A stretch of DNA of 64,000 nucleotides from Psammoneis japonica (lineage: Eukaryota): NCBI GenBank assembly GCA_008632985.1, contig QPGO01000169.1:62001-126000 (forward strand), given 5' to 3'. Of this stretch, positions 1 through 13,328 are shown in pieces. The translations under genes were made by a program, and so were the position numbers. The notes beneath the pieces were generated by a model. It was not told where the DNA came from, made no database searches, and saw nothing but the letters and a program-made list of their open reading frames with translations. Positions within the stretch are counted from its first letter, which is position 1. Each line of letters opens with the position of its first letter.

Positions 1-127
1 AATTACACCCCAATTTCCACAAGTACGACGGGTCTTAGTGGGGCTCTCAGTTGTGATCACAAAGCATTGGGCATCCACCACTGGAGAGAAATACGAAAAG
101 ACAGGAAAGCGCTTTCTCCTTTGATGT

Positions 128-583
128 GTGCCCTCTCATTTTGTCACAACTTATTTCTTTACGACGCAAAATGACATGGAAGAGATGGCATGCAGCAGCA
201 AAGACGATGAAGATTCCAGTTCGCCCAGAAAGGAGCTTCCCAAGTTTCTGGGAGACATTCGGTTCTTGACTCTCAATGAAAAGAAAAGGCTGCACTTGAG
301 TGGTCCTGATGGAATCTTTGCCGGTGACAAGACGCACTGCCAGTGGCTCAAGAATGAACAAGTGCACCATGCTCAATGCGCTTGTTGCGGTGATGGTTCC
401 AAGGACGTGAAACTCTTTCACTGCAGCCATTGTGAGATCACAGCATGCTGTGGAAAGGACTGTCAGAAGAAGCACTGGAAAGTTCACAAAAAGGTGTGCA
501 AAGAGCCCAACAATGAACGTTTCAAAATTGCCGTGCAGCATCGGGGCAATGAGCAGCGTGGCTGTGCGCAGGTGGATGTGTGA
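128..583 (+). pseudogene. MYND-type zinc-finger gene, hypermutated and probably non-functional
   Basis: The ORF contains CACCG...KLFHCSHCEITACCGKDCQKKHWKVHKKVCK, matching the MYND pattern CxxC..RCxRC...YCxxxCQxxHWxxHKxxC. The expected Tyr reads Cys and the expected Arg reads His. The region is almost free of TpA. Confidence 0.7.
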
Positions 584-1001
584 TTTATTTGGCTTGGCAA
601 TCTGGGATTGTTCAACACAAAGCTTCTTCGCGATGCTTTGTGCCAGCTTCGGTGTTTGGTGACTCAAGTTGTGGCACCTCAAATGACCATTCTTTCCACT
701 GACTGTTTAGATTGACATGTTTGAGATGACATCCTTGCGTTCAAGGAATGTGCTAGACCAACTCTCTCATCCGTTGCATTGCACAGTTGTCTGCAAGACA
801 CGTTTCAGCTAGAGAGAAACTAAGTCCAACGCACTCGCACTGTTTAGTCCGGAGCTTCAAACCACCCAGCTTTTACGACGAAATGAATCAGCTCGCCGTT
901 CATTGCATGCACAAATTTTCCCGCTTCGTCCTGACGGCAAACCAAGCACAGTCGCTTTTTTCATGAGGCTGCACACACAATTGTTTGGGTGGAGCACCTG
1001 A

Positions 1002-1712
1002 TCAACTAACAGTGGTTTCAGGAGATGACCGTTCTGGTGGATCTTCTTTCCACCAGGTGGATTTCTTTTGCTTCTTGCGAGCAGTCTTCTTTTCTTGCAA
1101 TGGCAAAGTCCCACCGTGATCTTCTATCCACTTTTCCAAAAGCTCCTTCCCACTCTTACTTTGGACCTTGGAGATGCACTGCTGGAACAGCTTGCGGTCT
1201 CGGAGCTCCAAGGGTTCCTGCTCTTTCCGTTCTTTTGCCTCGAGTGCCGCGCGAGCCTCATTCTCCTTGCGTTCCTGTTCTCTCTTGATCTTGCAAAAGC
1301 ACTCGGGACACTCCCCCTTGGGGACATCTTCACTCACGCAGAATGCATCACAGAACAACAAATTGCACTCAACGCACGTCAAGCTCCTGTGCTCGTCCTC
1401 CACAGCAATGCCGTGTTCATTCCAGCAGTTCATAAAACAACCGGGACACACTTCGCTAGAATCACATGCCTGGAGAGGGCAGTCCTCACACTTGCAATCT
1501 AAGTAGATGTCGTAATCTTCAATCTCACCCTTCATGCCTGGGCACTGGGAGCAGCGATTAGAGCCACTGTCGTCACACTGGGCAAATTCCTGTTCTTCTT
1601 CGCCGCAATCAGAACAGAGATTTGCTTCGCGACCGCAAGTGTCGCAGCACCATCCAATGTCACAGCAATCCATGCTCCTTGCGGAACAACGATCGCAGTG
1701 GTGCCAACCCAT
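1002..1712 (-). CDS. Cys-rich (CxxC) hypothetical protein with a C-terminal coiled-coil and basic segment; TpA-eroded, possibly a pseudogene
   Basis: 236-aa ORF with ATG start, repeated CxxC and an E/K/R-rich helix. It has only two Tyr, both in one small TA-retaining patch (~1501-1515), so some Cys/His may be mutated Tyr. Confidence 0.5.
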   Translation of the reverse strand: MGWHHCDRCSARSMDCCDIGWCCDTCGREANLCSDCGEEEQEFAQCDDSGSNRCSQCPGMKGEIEDYDIYLDCKCEDCPLQACDSSEVCPGCFMNCWNEHGIAVEDEHRSLTCVECNLLFCDAFCVSEDVPKGECPECFCKIKREQERKENEARAALEAKERKEQEPLELRDRKLFQQCISKVQSKSGKELLEKWIEDHGGTLPLQEKKTARKKQKKSTWWKEDPPERSSPETTVS

Positions 1713-2024
1713 TTCAGTTTCTTTTTTGCGTTCACAATGAAACTTTGTCTGTCATTGGTGTGAATGGTGATGGCTGGCGCGGCTCGCCTTCAACCAGCGA
1801 CGCCAAAGATACTATGAATATCTATTGGTCAACATGACCGAAGATTTAAGATTGTTCGGAACTAGCAGTACCAATCAATCGAACAGTTCAATGACACTAC
1901 AAGCTAATTGATTGAGTGGTATTCTCTCTCTACGAGAGTAGAGTAGATGCAGGATACACGACGTCCACGAGGAAGGTGTTAACAACCAACCAACAAGAGA
2001 CAATTTAAATGTATTTCATTACTG

Positions 2025-4176
2025 TTATAGCTCCCAGAATGGGCGCAGCACAATAATAAGGATACTGACGTTATCTCGACTCCTTCTCACACGTATAGCT
2101 TGATCGCTCAAAATTCTAGCAACCTCCGCCGGTTCTCCTCTGTGTGCAATAAGCTCTTGTCGGGCAAGTGCAATGGCGTCCTGGGAACGAAATACATCAA
2201 ACAAGCCATCACATGCCAACAAAAGGAATTCATCATTATGACTTAGCACCTGTAACAACGGACAGCTCCATTAGCACGGCGAAACAGCAACAAAGTAACG
2301 ATAGCACAACTCAATCTCCGACAAAGACTCACCATGGACGCAATTTCGGGTTCTGCACTAACGAGCGGAGCCGTCAAGTCTTTGGCTTGTTGATTTTCAT
2401 TCATACCGCCTCCACCTTCTTCATTATCATCCTCCAACATGGCCTTGATTCCCATTTTGAAAGATTTGTCTCCAAATGCTCGCGTAATTGCCAGCTCTCC
2501 CATGACTCGCTTGTGAAGGATAAAACCTCCAGCCGCCCGCACACGGGCAGCCTCGTCGGGACGACTCGGCTTGTGATCCGAAGTCAACTCGACGCATTGT
2601 CCGCCGCCTCGGCACAAGACGACACGGGAATCACCGACATTGGCCGCAAAGAGCCGCCGTCCCAAGAGTATAACAGTGGCGGCAGTCGAGCCGCTCTGTG
2701 GGGCATTCTTTGGAGTGATAAATTCCTTGTCCACTCGAAGATACGCGGTCTTGAGGATTTTCCGCATCAACTCCGAGGCAGCGTCTTCGGTTTGTTCCGT
2801 GTTGGAAGTACGCGACTGTCGACTACTCTCCACAGCGTTGCGGAGAGCGTCTCGTTCGTTGACCATTTGCTGTCTAACCTGCTGGGGTAGTGCCTCTACG
2901 AGATAGTTTGAACATTCATCGCCCCCGTGGCCATCAAATACCGCGGCAAAGGACGTCATGGCCAATTCTTGCAGTGATTCCTTGGGCTCTTGTCGGTAGT
3001 AGCCATGACGGGGCTCATAAAGCAAACTCTGGATGACGACTGTTCTGTCCTCCATAGTTGGGCGTGCCCCAATCGCCTCAGATATTCCGTAGTCATATCG
3101 ATTGACCGAGAACCCCGTTCTTCCAACGATAAACTCGTCACCCACAGAAAGCGCCCCAATGCCCTTATGGCTGTAGGGACCAACTAGCCGCATGTAAGAA
3201 CCATTCTGTTATAAGGAAAACAAAAAGCAAAGTCAGCTAAACAATCGTAAGGCCCGCACATAATATGCATATGGAGTCCACTCACTGTGCTCTCCAAATC
3301 GGTTAGTATAAAAGTACCGCCACTGCTGCTTGGTTTTCTTCCTTTGCTTCCTTGTCGTGTGTTAGTAAGATACAAAATGGCGCCATGCTTTCTGCTCAGC
3401 TCTCGGTCCATGATACAGAGATCCGCTTCGTGTGCTCTCCCAAACACAAAAGGGCATCGCGAAGCATGCACATCAATAAGCTTTCCCTTCATGGGTCCCT
3501 TCGAGCAGTGCACTGTAATCTTTTGTTTAGCTTCATTCACATCCTCCACATTAAACACAGAATTCCCCGCCGCAAACGACGCTCCCTTACAGAGTACCCA
3601 TCGGTCCGCATCCAAGCTCAGAATCTGTGCATCCTTTTTCGTGTCAGCCGCATCCTTTCCGGCGGCAAACACCTTGGCCTTTCCAACTCGCACCGCCGCA
3701 TCTCCGCGATCGCCACGAATATGCCATCCCGTCGTCATGCCCGCCCGCAGCGCGTGCATGGCTGCCGCCTCATTGTCGACATCCGAAAGCCGCGAGAGAA
3801 TCCCCGCAGACGGCCCAGTCATGGAGTCATCCATTCTTCGGCATATATCATCGGGTGAATGAGACGAGGGCGCTCCGTTCCCAATCGTCGTGGATCGTCC
3901 GTAGAGAGTCCAGTAGGCAGTGGCCGGCTCCGGTTTGCCCTCGTCTTCGTCTTCAGACGTTGTAAACTTTAAACATATTCTGTAAAGAGATCGTGTGTAA
4001 ACTTCACGCGGTGTAGCAAACTGCCGGCCACCACGAGACCATCCTTCTCGTGTAGTACTAGTTGTTGTTGTAGTTGCTGTTTCCTTTCCAAAATTACTCA
4101 TACCGACCGCGCCTCCGCCGCTGCCGTTGACTCTTCTGTCCACGGTACCTTGTGTCCCATCTGCCATTCCGGTCAT
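2025..4176 (-). CDS. FHA-domain PP2C (PPM-family) Ser/Thr protein phosphatase; exons 4176-3286, 3205-2333, 2249-2025
   Basis: FHA motifs FGR, LSRKHG and DLES-TNGS are joined across a GT-AG intron (3285-3206). PP2C motifs RPTMED, VFDGHGG, ANVGDSR, DHKP, LAITRAFGD, LACDGLFDV and SRDNVS are present. The second intron (2332-2250) keeps the frame. Confidence 0.93.
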
Positions 4177-5062
4177 AAGCCGCGATTCAGATGCTGATAG
4201 CTGTTGTTGTGTGTGTTTCTAATAAACTAGAGTATACAAATTCAGAGGAAGAGTTGTTATGGGTAGCCACACAGATAAAAAGAGAGGTTCAGAGTGTAAG
4301 TCAGATGCAAAAAGAGGTATAGAGAGATAGAAGAGGGCGTATGATGAGTACAACAAATCCCGGCTGCTCTGAAGTCACGAACAGCAACAACACACAACCT
4401 GATACGTACAATTGTACTGAGATTCTACACGCAATGACAAGCTACCGCGATTTTACGTAGATACGCGATATATGCAATCGCGGATTCGTAAGTCACAATG
4501 GCGAAAAACACCTGAATCAAATTTGTACGATAAAGACAGATACAACAGCGGTTGGTATGGCCGTCAAGGATATGATAGGGTGTTGTCGTTGTTGTTGTTA
4601 TAGCCCGGATTCATTCCCCACACGCACTTGTTGTGAGGCGGGTGATGATGAGGGCCGGCATTGCCAAAGGCCTGCGCAAGCCGCACACGGATGTTTCTGT
4701 AGATTGTACGTGAGCTCCGTACTAAGCCACGGAGTGGTCCACGGTACTGAATATTTGTACTCAAGAATGGATGTGCGTATTACGTTTCAGTTGTGGACTA
4801 CATACTTAAGTAAGTATACATATTCACATATAACTTCACTTCAACGGAAATATGCTATTTAATTAGTTGCGAACCCTAGTCGTTGTACATAAGTAACCTT
4901 CACTCATGATAAATCATATGAAATTTCGAAAAAAAAAGCAAAAGCAGATCTTTCGATTTTTCGCCACACAGCGAGCGAACTGACAGCCTGACGCGATCGT
5001 ATGAAATTGGGGATCTTTGCTACAGTATTGTTATTGAAGGTAACACTCTAACAACCTGAAGC

Positions 5063-6093
5063 ATGTCTTTGTTTACGGAATCCATCTTTGCAGAGGGCAA
5101 CACGGCTGTCATTACAGGTGCTAGCAGTGGCATTGGTCGTGCGACAGCACTGTATTGTGCATCCGTGGGAATGCAAGTTTGGATGGTGGATATTGATGAA
5201 GAAGAACTGCTTGCGGCACAAAAATTGGTGGAAACGAAGAGTGAGAAACAAGTGAGTTATTGAATACTACTCTTGTTCGATGGATTTTATTGAAATGAAT
5301 GAAAACTCTAATTTTTATGTTTGTTTTTGCATGCGTACAGAAAGTCGTAGCTCGCGTGGTGAACGTTGCTGACGCCGCTGCAATGGAAGCACTTGCACAA
5401 GAAGTATTTTCCACAGAAGGTTCTTGCCAATTCTTAATGAACAATGCCGGTATTGATGGAGGCGGCAAGGGTGCACTGCCATCCATGGAGTTGGTCCAGA
5501 AGGTAATGTCTGTAAACACTTTTGGTCCTATGCATGGCTGTCTAGCATTTTTGCCTCTCATGAAGAAGCAATCCAGCAACAACGAAGCACTCGTCATTAA
5601 TACGGGTTCCAAACAAGGCATTACCATGCCACCGGGTAACTTGACGTACAACATGTCCAAGGCGGCACTCAAGGTTTACACTGAAGGTCTGGAGCACGAG
5701 CTGTACACGGAACGTAAGCAAGGTTTGCACCAGATACATGCCGCCTTGCTCGTTCCGGGATGGGTCAACACGTCCATTGCGTTAAAGCAAATGCTCTCAG
5801 AGGGTAAAACGACAGAGGACTGCTTTTTTCACGAGGACAAACCGGCCAAGGGGGCGTGGATGCCAAGCCAAATTGTGGAATTTATGCTGCAAGAGTTGAA
5901 CAAGGGGCCGCCGCGGTTTTACATTATTTGTCCCGACAATGATGTGACGCGCCAAGTGGATAATGTACGCATGACTTGGACCATGCAGGATATTGTGCAG
6001 AATCGCCCGCCATTGTCGCGGTGGCATGACGACTACAAAGATCAGTTTCAGGAATTTTTAAAGGAAAGCTTGCAGGAAAATGCTGACAAGTGA
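5063..6093 (+). CDS. Short-chain dehydrogenase/reductase (SDR); exons 5063-5251, 5341-6093
   Basis: TGASSGIG Rossmann motif, NNAG and catalytic YNMSK. A GT-AG intron at 5252-5340 joins the two ORFs in frame. Confidence 0.93.
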
Positions 6094-7220
6094 GCTGGAT
6101 GCGTTTGTGAAGTTTCAATACTTATGCATTTATATAGATAGAAAAGTTTTGTGTGACTGGAATGAGACGAGGTGCAATAATGGTGTTGTGAACGGCGGTG
6201 CTGCACAGCTTTCGCCCTTCTTGCGGACAAGGCGCAGATGGTCATCGTTGTTAAGTTATTCGTGATTGCGTCCTTTTTTACCGTCCACACAGTGCACACA
6301 TGGCACGCTGGACACTGCTCTACACTTTTATAGCAAATAATTGCCAACTCGCTAAATACAGGGTAGTCTAGAGTCTCGCACCGGTATCCTAATACTTTCC
6401 CGTACTCTCGCAAAGCAAGGCTACGACGACTCTTGAGTGGCGTTTCCTTCCAGTTTATCAAATTGTTTTTAAAATAGAAGATTAAGGAAGCCTATGTAGA
6501 GCGGAAGGTAACAGCAGAGGGAGGCACGGAGGTAGCTGTAGAGACGGTAGAGTAAAAGGGTCGAAGGACGCAAGACGAAGGGCGTTTTGTGGAAGGTATG
6601 GGTGAGGAGGGGGCAGGGAGAGAGGAGGTGAATCGGAGGATGTGCGTAGAAAGGTGAAGAACAACGTTGTAGCCAAGAGTTTGGGTGGCACACGCAATCA
6701 GTATCGTGATCGGATGCGTAGTGTGCTACATAAGAGAGCAGGTTACTAAGAAAGTCTGTTGTTAAATACCGTTCCTGTCTTATTTTGTCAATGGATCCTA
6801 AGTGTCCAATTCACGATGATACTACTTCCCAATCATATTCAAATAATGTCTCTTGCCTTCGGTTTCATCGGTCATCAGCACACCCAACAAATGAAAATCA
6901 ACAAAACTCAAGACTGACTGCTGACTGCAAACACTCATGCCGGGAACAGCAACTGGGTATTCATCGTAGAGTCTACTACTAGGCCCTAATGGAGAACCGC
7001 CAAAAATGCGTTTCCCCTCGCCGTAATTTTTAAACATTTTCAAAAACTCACCATCACTCGCTTTGCGCAAGTGTCGAGGACTTCAAAAGACGGCTTGCAT
7101 GGATGACCATCAGCACCTCGTCGCTCAGCACATTCCGGACTCTCTCTACCGTAGAGCCCCGATTAAGTTCGATATTCCAACAAGAAAAGCAACAATACCA
7201 TCTGGAAGGGTCAGTCGTCA

Positions 7221-9431
7221 ATGTTTGAAGTGTTTCCAGGGTACAATGCGACGCCAATGGCCCACTTGGCAATGCAGTATCCGATGTATTCGTTCGGAAC
7301 CCCATACGCACCGGATATTAACGGCGACGGCGTGCCAGACCTATTTCATCACAACCACTTTGAATTTAGCGATGCAAAGTCCCGGTGGTCAGATCCAAGC
7401 ATGAAGCGGTATGGGCCATTGAGATCGGCAAGTGGCGGATGTTTTGTAGACTGGGATGCAGTGTTGCGAAATCCTGAGAAAGGAACGTGGTATCCAGCCA
7501 ACGAAGGAAAAGGCTTCATAGAGTGGGACGATGCAGATACAAGTCAATGCGTAAGTCGATTGAGACGCTTTCTCAGAACCCTTTATTAGCTGTTGTTGAG
7601 TCTTACCTTCGGTGTTCTCTCGCAGATCGATGCGCATTCCACGGCTTTTCTTGACATTGACGGGGATGGCCTAAAAGATTTGTTCTTGACGACGGGAGGT
7701 GGCCGGGGAGAGGGCGAATCGGCGTTGTTCGACAATGTAATATTCTGGGGTAAGAAAACTAACTCAACACTTGGGTACAAACTTGTTGGTGGTCGAGACG
7801 CCGCGTTGGCTGCTGGAATCGAAGGGCGCACGAGAGGCAACATCAACGAGCGCGGCCGTCATCATTATTTTCTTGATGCCGATGGAGATGGATTGTTGGA
7901 CTATATTTCATTAAATATTGAAAGAAATGACGACCTTATTGTACCTGGTCAACTCAATATGAACACTGGTAGTAAGAAATTCAAGAAAATACCTGACGCC
8001 TTCAGCGAGTTCGCTGCTGTAGCTTTGTTAACAGATGTAGATGGGGACGGATTTGCGCGAGAGATGATTTTTGTGAGTACCTTTAAAGAGTTTCGTTTGT
8101 GTGTTGCTTCTCTCAATAAGCTAACACTTTGCATTTTGTCACTCTATGCGCAACATTAATCTACCAGATGTCAGAGTGTTTCGAAACACAGGTCAATGAG
8201 AAAAACAGGGTTTGCAAGCGGGCGCCAACCGGTACCTCTGTGGTGTACAGCATGGACAGAAAGAAATTCTTAGTGCGTGAGAGTAAATTCACACGGGAGT
8301 TTACAGATTACGCAAGGACAGTAGCAACTGGTGATTTTGATCACGACGGAATAGCAGACGTGGCCATACTTTTTAACAAGAAAGTGGAGCTCCACCTCTC
8401 CAGTGTGCGGAAAAAGGAATGTGAGAAGTTCAACAAGCCAGCTCAAAGAAGAAAGTGTCTTCTCACCTTGGGCATCCCCAACAGTTATATTGATCTCAAA
8501 CCAATATGTGGTTATCAATATGGGTCTACAGGGATTCGACTAGCTGATTTTAATTTGGACGGAAACTTGGATATGCTAGTGTAAGTCATTTTGAAATCGC
8601 CTCGACCATGTACTACCTACAAACGAAACACGCATCACTCTCTCTGTTTTGCTTTCCAGCCTCTGCAAAATGCCAGGTCGCCATGCTATCCTTGAGCTGC
8701 GGCCAGATAGGACGTGGAGAAGGCTCAGGACAGCTGGTGGGGATAAAAACATGAAGCTGGGCCCTATTCTGTCATCAGATGCAATGCTCGGAGGCAAAAA
8801 TTTCTGCAAGGGCGTGCCGATCGTAGCAGGAAATTTGCCCACGAATCTGAAATGCAAACACAAAGTTAAAAACAAAAGCAGATGCAAGAATTTGAAGTAT
8901 GACATTCAATGGCAAATCTGTAACAGATATCACGAAAAATCAAAGGCTGGAGAGCCTGTTGCGTGGACCCTTGGAGCGACTGTTGCCGACCTTGATAATG
9001 ATGGGTACGTTGACATAATATTGTCTCACAGGTTTGGATCCACGCTGATATTTCGCAACAAGTACGGTGACAGCAGCCAGAACAGATTCATTGCCATACG
9101 AGTTGATGAACGAGCGGGTGCTGCGGCGTCTATCGGCGCGGTTGTAAAACTCACAGCTTCACGCATGGGTCCAAAGAAAGACACTTCTACAACGCAACTA
9201 CGGATTCTCAGTTCCCTGAGCCATTCTGCAGATGCAGCGGGCGGAAATGAGGACCGCATTATTTTTGGACTTGGCAACGCGGGAATGCCCATCAGATTGA
9301 CTATTCAATGGCCTCACTGCTGCAACAAAACGATTTTCAACGGAAAAAGACTTGAGAAATGGGTTAACTCAATGGATTCTCCTTTTGTTGTGCCTCCGCT
9401 GAAGAATTGTGATAATGCTTGTTTCGGGTAA
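7221..9431 (+). CDS. FG-GAP repeat / ASPIC-UnbV (CRTAC1-like) protein, copy 1; exons 7221-7550, 7626-8072, 8168-8580, 8660-9431 (653 aa)
   Basis: Repeated DxD/NxDGxxD Ca-binding FG-GAP motifs and C-terminal ASIGAVV...EDRIIFGLG...IQWP typical of ASPIC/UnbV. All introns are GT-AG and phase-consistent. Confidence 0.88.
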
Positions 9432-10305
9432 ACGGAGGGAAGACGTACGCAAACTTCACCATGAAGAAACAAAGACGGCAAACTTGAACGTTAGTTGTGC
9501 GCCACCATGTTGATTCAGGCTGCATAATTTCCCACGAGCTCACGAGATTCTTGATACTTTCGAGATAATATCTAGGCGAACGACATGATACCGAGATGTA
9601 TTGGGTGTTGGCTTTGATGTTGACCTCTCTATCTCTTGCATCAGACGTAAAGGTCCCGTGCAAAACGTAGCGAGTTTTGACACCTGCCAATGTTTTGGAA
9701 TGAAAAATACAGCTCACACTTCATTAAGCTTGCGGTTGCCCAATAAACCTTGCGCCTCTAGTGGCCAAACACAGAAGAGAATGATGATGTGTCCTGCTAC
9801 GATTTCGATTCTCGATAGAGCGAAAGGCGAGAATCGTGAGTGGAGTTGCGAGGTTTCTTGCCAGTCACTGTAAAAATGTCCTTTCGTTGTATTCTTATCC
9901 TGTACTAACTGTACATAACCTTACATACATTTTACAGTACTGTACATGTACAGTATGTAGAATGACATGAAGGGATCGATTCTTGATTCTTCCATATCCC
10001 AGTTGTTCGTCCATAAGACATTTTTTGCTGAATCTTTATTATTTTTAAAATTTTGGTGTAGAGATAACCATGTTTATATTGCCCCGTCCGAAACCTTCCG
10101 CGCAAAATCTCGATATTGGGGAAAAAAACGGCTCAAAATTTGCCCTCACATTTTTGATTCATTCTTGTTTGGATAATAGGCGGATCCAGTGCGTGTCTCT
10201 CACGACTGTACTGCGCAGCATCAAGTTGCCACAACAATACGAAACCTATGATTGTACCTCACCTCACCACGCTTTCGTCGAACCCGAGGGAGATAAGTGA
10301 TCATC

Positions 10306-12608
10306 ATGTTTGAGGTGTTCCCCGGCTATAACGAATCTCCAATGACGGAGCTCGCCATGCAACTCCCAATGTTTACATTCGGGACTCCCTGGGCTCCAGA
10401 CTGGAATGGGGATGGCGTTCTCGATTTGTGGCATCACAATCACTATGCGTTTAGCAGAGCACCGAGCCGGTGGTCAGACCCCAGCATTGGCAAAGTAAAG
10501 AGGGGCCCAAAAAGGCACCCTGGAGGTTGTATGGTAGATTGGGACGCCGTGCTACGAGACGGTAAAACCGGTAAATACTACCCAGCTAACAACGGAGAGG
10601 GCTTTATCGAGTGGAGCGATGCAAGGAATGATCGATGCGTAAGTTGCTTCGACGCGGCCTGTCACTCGATTCGCAACTTCAGGTCGACGCTCACACTATT
10701 TTCGAGACTCGTGCTTTTCCAGTTTGACGTTCACTCAACTGCATTTCTAGATATTGACAATGACGGTTTTAAAGACCTTTTCTTAGTGACTGGAGGGGGT
10801 AGAGGTGTTGGGCATTCGTTTGATTTTGATAACATGCTTTTTTGGGGAGAGGCAACAAACTCTAGTTTGGGTTACAAACTCGTTGGAGGAAAAGGTTCTG
10901 CCCGCCTTGCACTTCTAGACGGTCGAAAGAGAAACCAAAATGAGAGAGGCCGCCATCAGTACTGGTTTGACGTCAATTCGGATGGTTATCTTGATATTAT
11001 TTTTCTTAACGAGGAACGCAACGACGACGTTGTCAGACCCGGGCAACTTTACCTCAACAATGGGAATCGAACGTTTCAAAAAGTGAAGCCAGATCCGAAA
11101 TCTGGCTTTGTCGAGTTTGCACGTGAGTGATCAGCTTCTGTCACTTACTTGTTTGGCATTCAAGTGCTCACAAAGTTATTCTTTTGACTTCTTGCAGGTA
11201 TGGCGCTTCTTACAGATATTGACGGTGACGGGCATGCCAGAGAGCTTGTTGTTGTGAGTCACTTAACGTGTCATTGTGTTTTCAAAGATCATAACTAACG
11301 ACCACGCCCTCCTTCCTGTCTGATGTTTGTTTGAAAACAGCCAAGCGATTGCCAAAGTAGAAAAAGAGGGAAAGGACCACCACACAATTTTGTTTGTGAT
11401 CGTTCCCCGCTTGGTACTATCTCCGTTTATCGCCGCGACGCTGAACGCCAGTTGGTTCGTGAAACCATGTATGAATCAGCGTCAACAAAAGAAAGGTTCG
11501 TCAGGGCACTATATGCTGGCGATTTTGATTCTGATACTCAAGCGGACACGGTGGGTCAGCGACAGGAGCAACAATGTCTTCCAGCTCAAAAGCTTCGGTG
11601 CTCATTTATCGCTCTGTGCTTTCCGAATCGCAGGTAATTTTATGGGCGAAAAAAGTAAACTTTCATTTATCGACGTCTCGGAAAAAGAGGTGCCGCGCTC
11701 TTCGTGGTCGTAAACGAAGGAAGTGCTTTCTAACTCTTGCGCCGCCGGACGTTGAGGTGGACCTTGAAAGCGTTTGTGGCGAAGAGGGCGCCGTTGGTTT
11801 TCGTTTTGCCGACTTTAACCTTGACGGTCGCCTTGATATGCTCATACTCTGCGAAGAACCTGGGCATCACCGTATCTACGAGCAGACTTCAAGGAAGACC
11901 TGGAAGCAGATGCGAAATGAGCAAGGCAAAAAACTTAGTCTTGGCTTGTTAAACTCTAAAGATCTAATGATGGGGGGCAAGGACTTCTGTGATGGCTTGC
12001 CCCTCGACAAGGATCTTCCACTTGACAACTGTCCAAAGCTGTTTGACGATGAAGCTTGTAAAAACGTCACTTACCAAAGCCAGTACCTACTATGTAACAT
12101 GCGAGAGAAAGGTACTTGGCCAACAGCAATCGGAGCCACTGTCGCAGATATTGATAATGACGGCTTTGAAGACTTAATCGTCTCGCACCTTTATGGGTCC
12201 ACGCTGATGTTTCGCAATACCTTGGCGGACACTTTGAAAAGAAGATTTCTCGCAATTCGACTGGATCGCAAGGCAGGGGAGGCTGCAAGTATCGGTGCCG
12301 TTGTCAAACTAAGAGCATCGCGCATGGGGCCGTACGCAAACGAAACAACTACTCAAGTTCGTGTGCTCTCAACATTAAGTCATCACTCGAATGGTAACGG
12401 AGGGAACGAGGACCGATTGATTTTCGGTTTAGGAACCAAGGGAAGGCTACTAAAAATTGTGGTTACATGGCCGAACTGTTGTAACCCGACAGTTATCAAA
12501 TCTAACCCATCAAACCAGGTCTGGAAGTGGAAGAACTCAATGATCAGACCATATGAAATTGCGGCTCCGAAGAATTGCGATGTTAGCTGTTTTCGTACCA
12601 AGGAATAG
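10306..12608 (+). CDS. FG-GAP / ASPIC-UnbV protein, copy 2; exons 10306-10638, 10723-11122, 11198-11253, 11341-11550, 11634-12608 (657 aa)
   Basis: Same MFEVFPGYN start and motif order as copy 1. Four phase-consistent GT-AG introns. Confidence 0.88.
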
Positions 12609-12638
12609 AAAGAGTCAGCCGTCATCGATACTGCCATT

Positions 12639-13328
12639 TTAATCTGAATCATCCTCAATCACCACTGCCTTGCTGTCATCATTCTGAAATACACCCTCCA
12701 ATGCGGATGCTAGTTCCTTTAGGGTAGGATCGTAGTCAGCTGATGCACGGATGAGGCCCAGAACATCTTCAATTTCTGCATTGACCCCGGAGCGTACTTT
12801 TTCCTTTTCTTGCTCTGACATCATTTCAGAATAGTGACAAAACCTTACATGTTGGGTAAGTGCCAAACGAGCGCGATTGATAAAGGTCCGAACAAGTGTC
12901 CCGAATATGGTTGTTGATGCTGCTGTTTTGAACAAGACACTCTCATCTCCTTGAACGAAAGCACGTGTCATTCGGGCGAGCTTCTTATCATTCATGAATT
13001 GAATGCCAAAGTCGCGGTCAACCTCGAGGCGAACAATCATTCCATAGTCTCTTTCTTCATCAAGTGAGTCGACGTCTACAATTGTAGCACCGACGTATGT
13101 CCACATGTTCACATCTAAACAGTTGGAGTATGCCTTGTGTGCTGTAATTCTCGTTGGCGTAGCGTTGTTGATGTGTTTTCCATCCGCCGTGATGTGACGA
13201 GTTCTTCGTGATTTTTGTTTGGTATCAAATCCACTTAGCAAATGATGTATGTAGAAATGTACACAGCCTACATACGGAGCCGATCTTTGCGGATCGTCTG
13301 TGTGTTGCCGCGGTGTGCACCGTTCCAT
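12639..13328 (-). CDS. Hypothetical protein at the edge of a hypermutated domain
   Basis: 229-aa ATG-initiated ORF of normal composition (Tyr retained). No family recognised. Confidence 0.45.
   Translation of the reverse strand: MERCTPRQHTDDPQRSAPYVGCVHFYIHHLLSGFDTKQKSRRTRHITADGKHINNATPTRITAHKAYSNCLDVNMWTYVGATIVDVDSLDEERDYGMIVRLEVDRDFGIQFMNDKKLARMTRAFVQGDESVLFKTAASTTIFGTLVRTFINRARLALTQHVRFCHYSEMMSEQEKEKVRSGVNAEIEDVLGLIRASADYDPTLKELASALEGVFQNDDSKAVVIEDDSD

Noticed and set aside
2168..3965. Plus-strand ORFs of 100-240 aa overlapping the PP2C gene
   Set aside because: Antisense shadows of a well-supported gene, with no motifs of their own.
9938..9955. Perfect 18-bp palindrome tactgtacatgtacagta
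   Set aside because: It sits in a low-complexity GTAC-rich intergenic patch and has no second copy or functional context.
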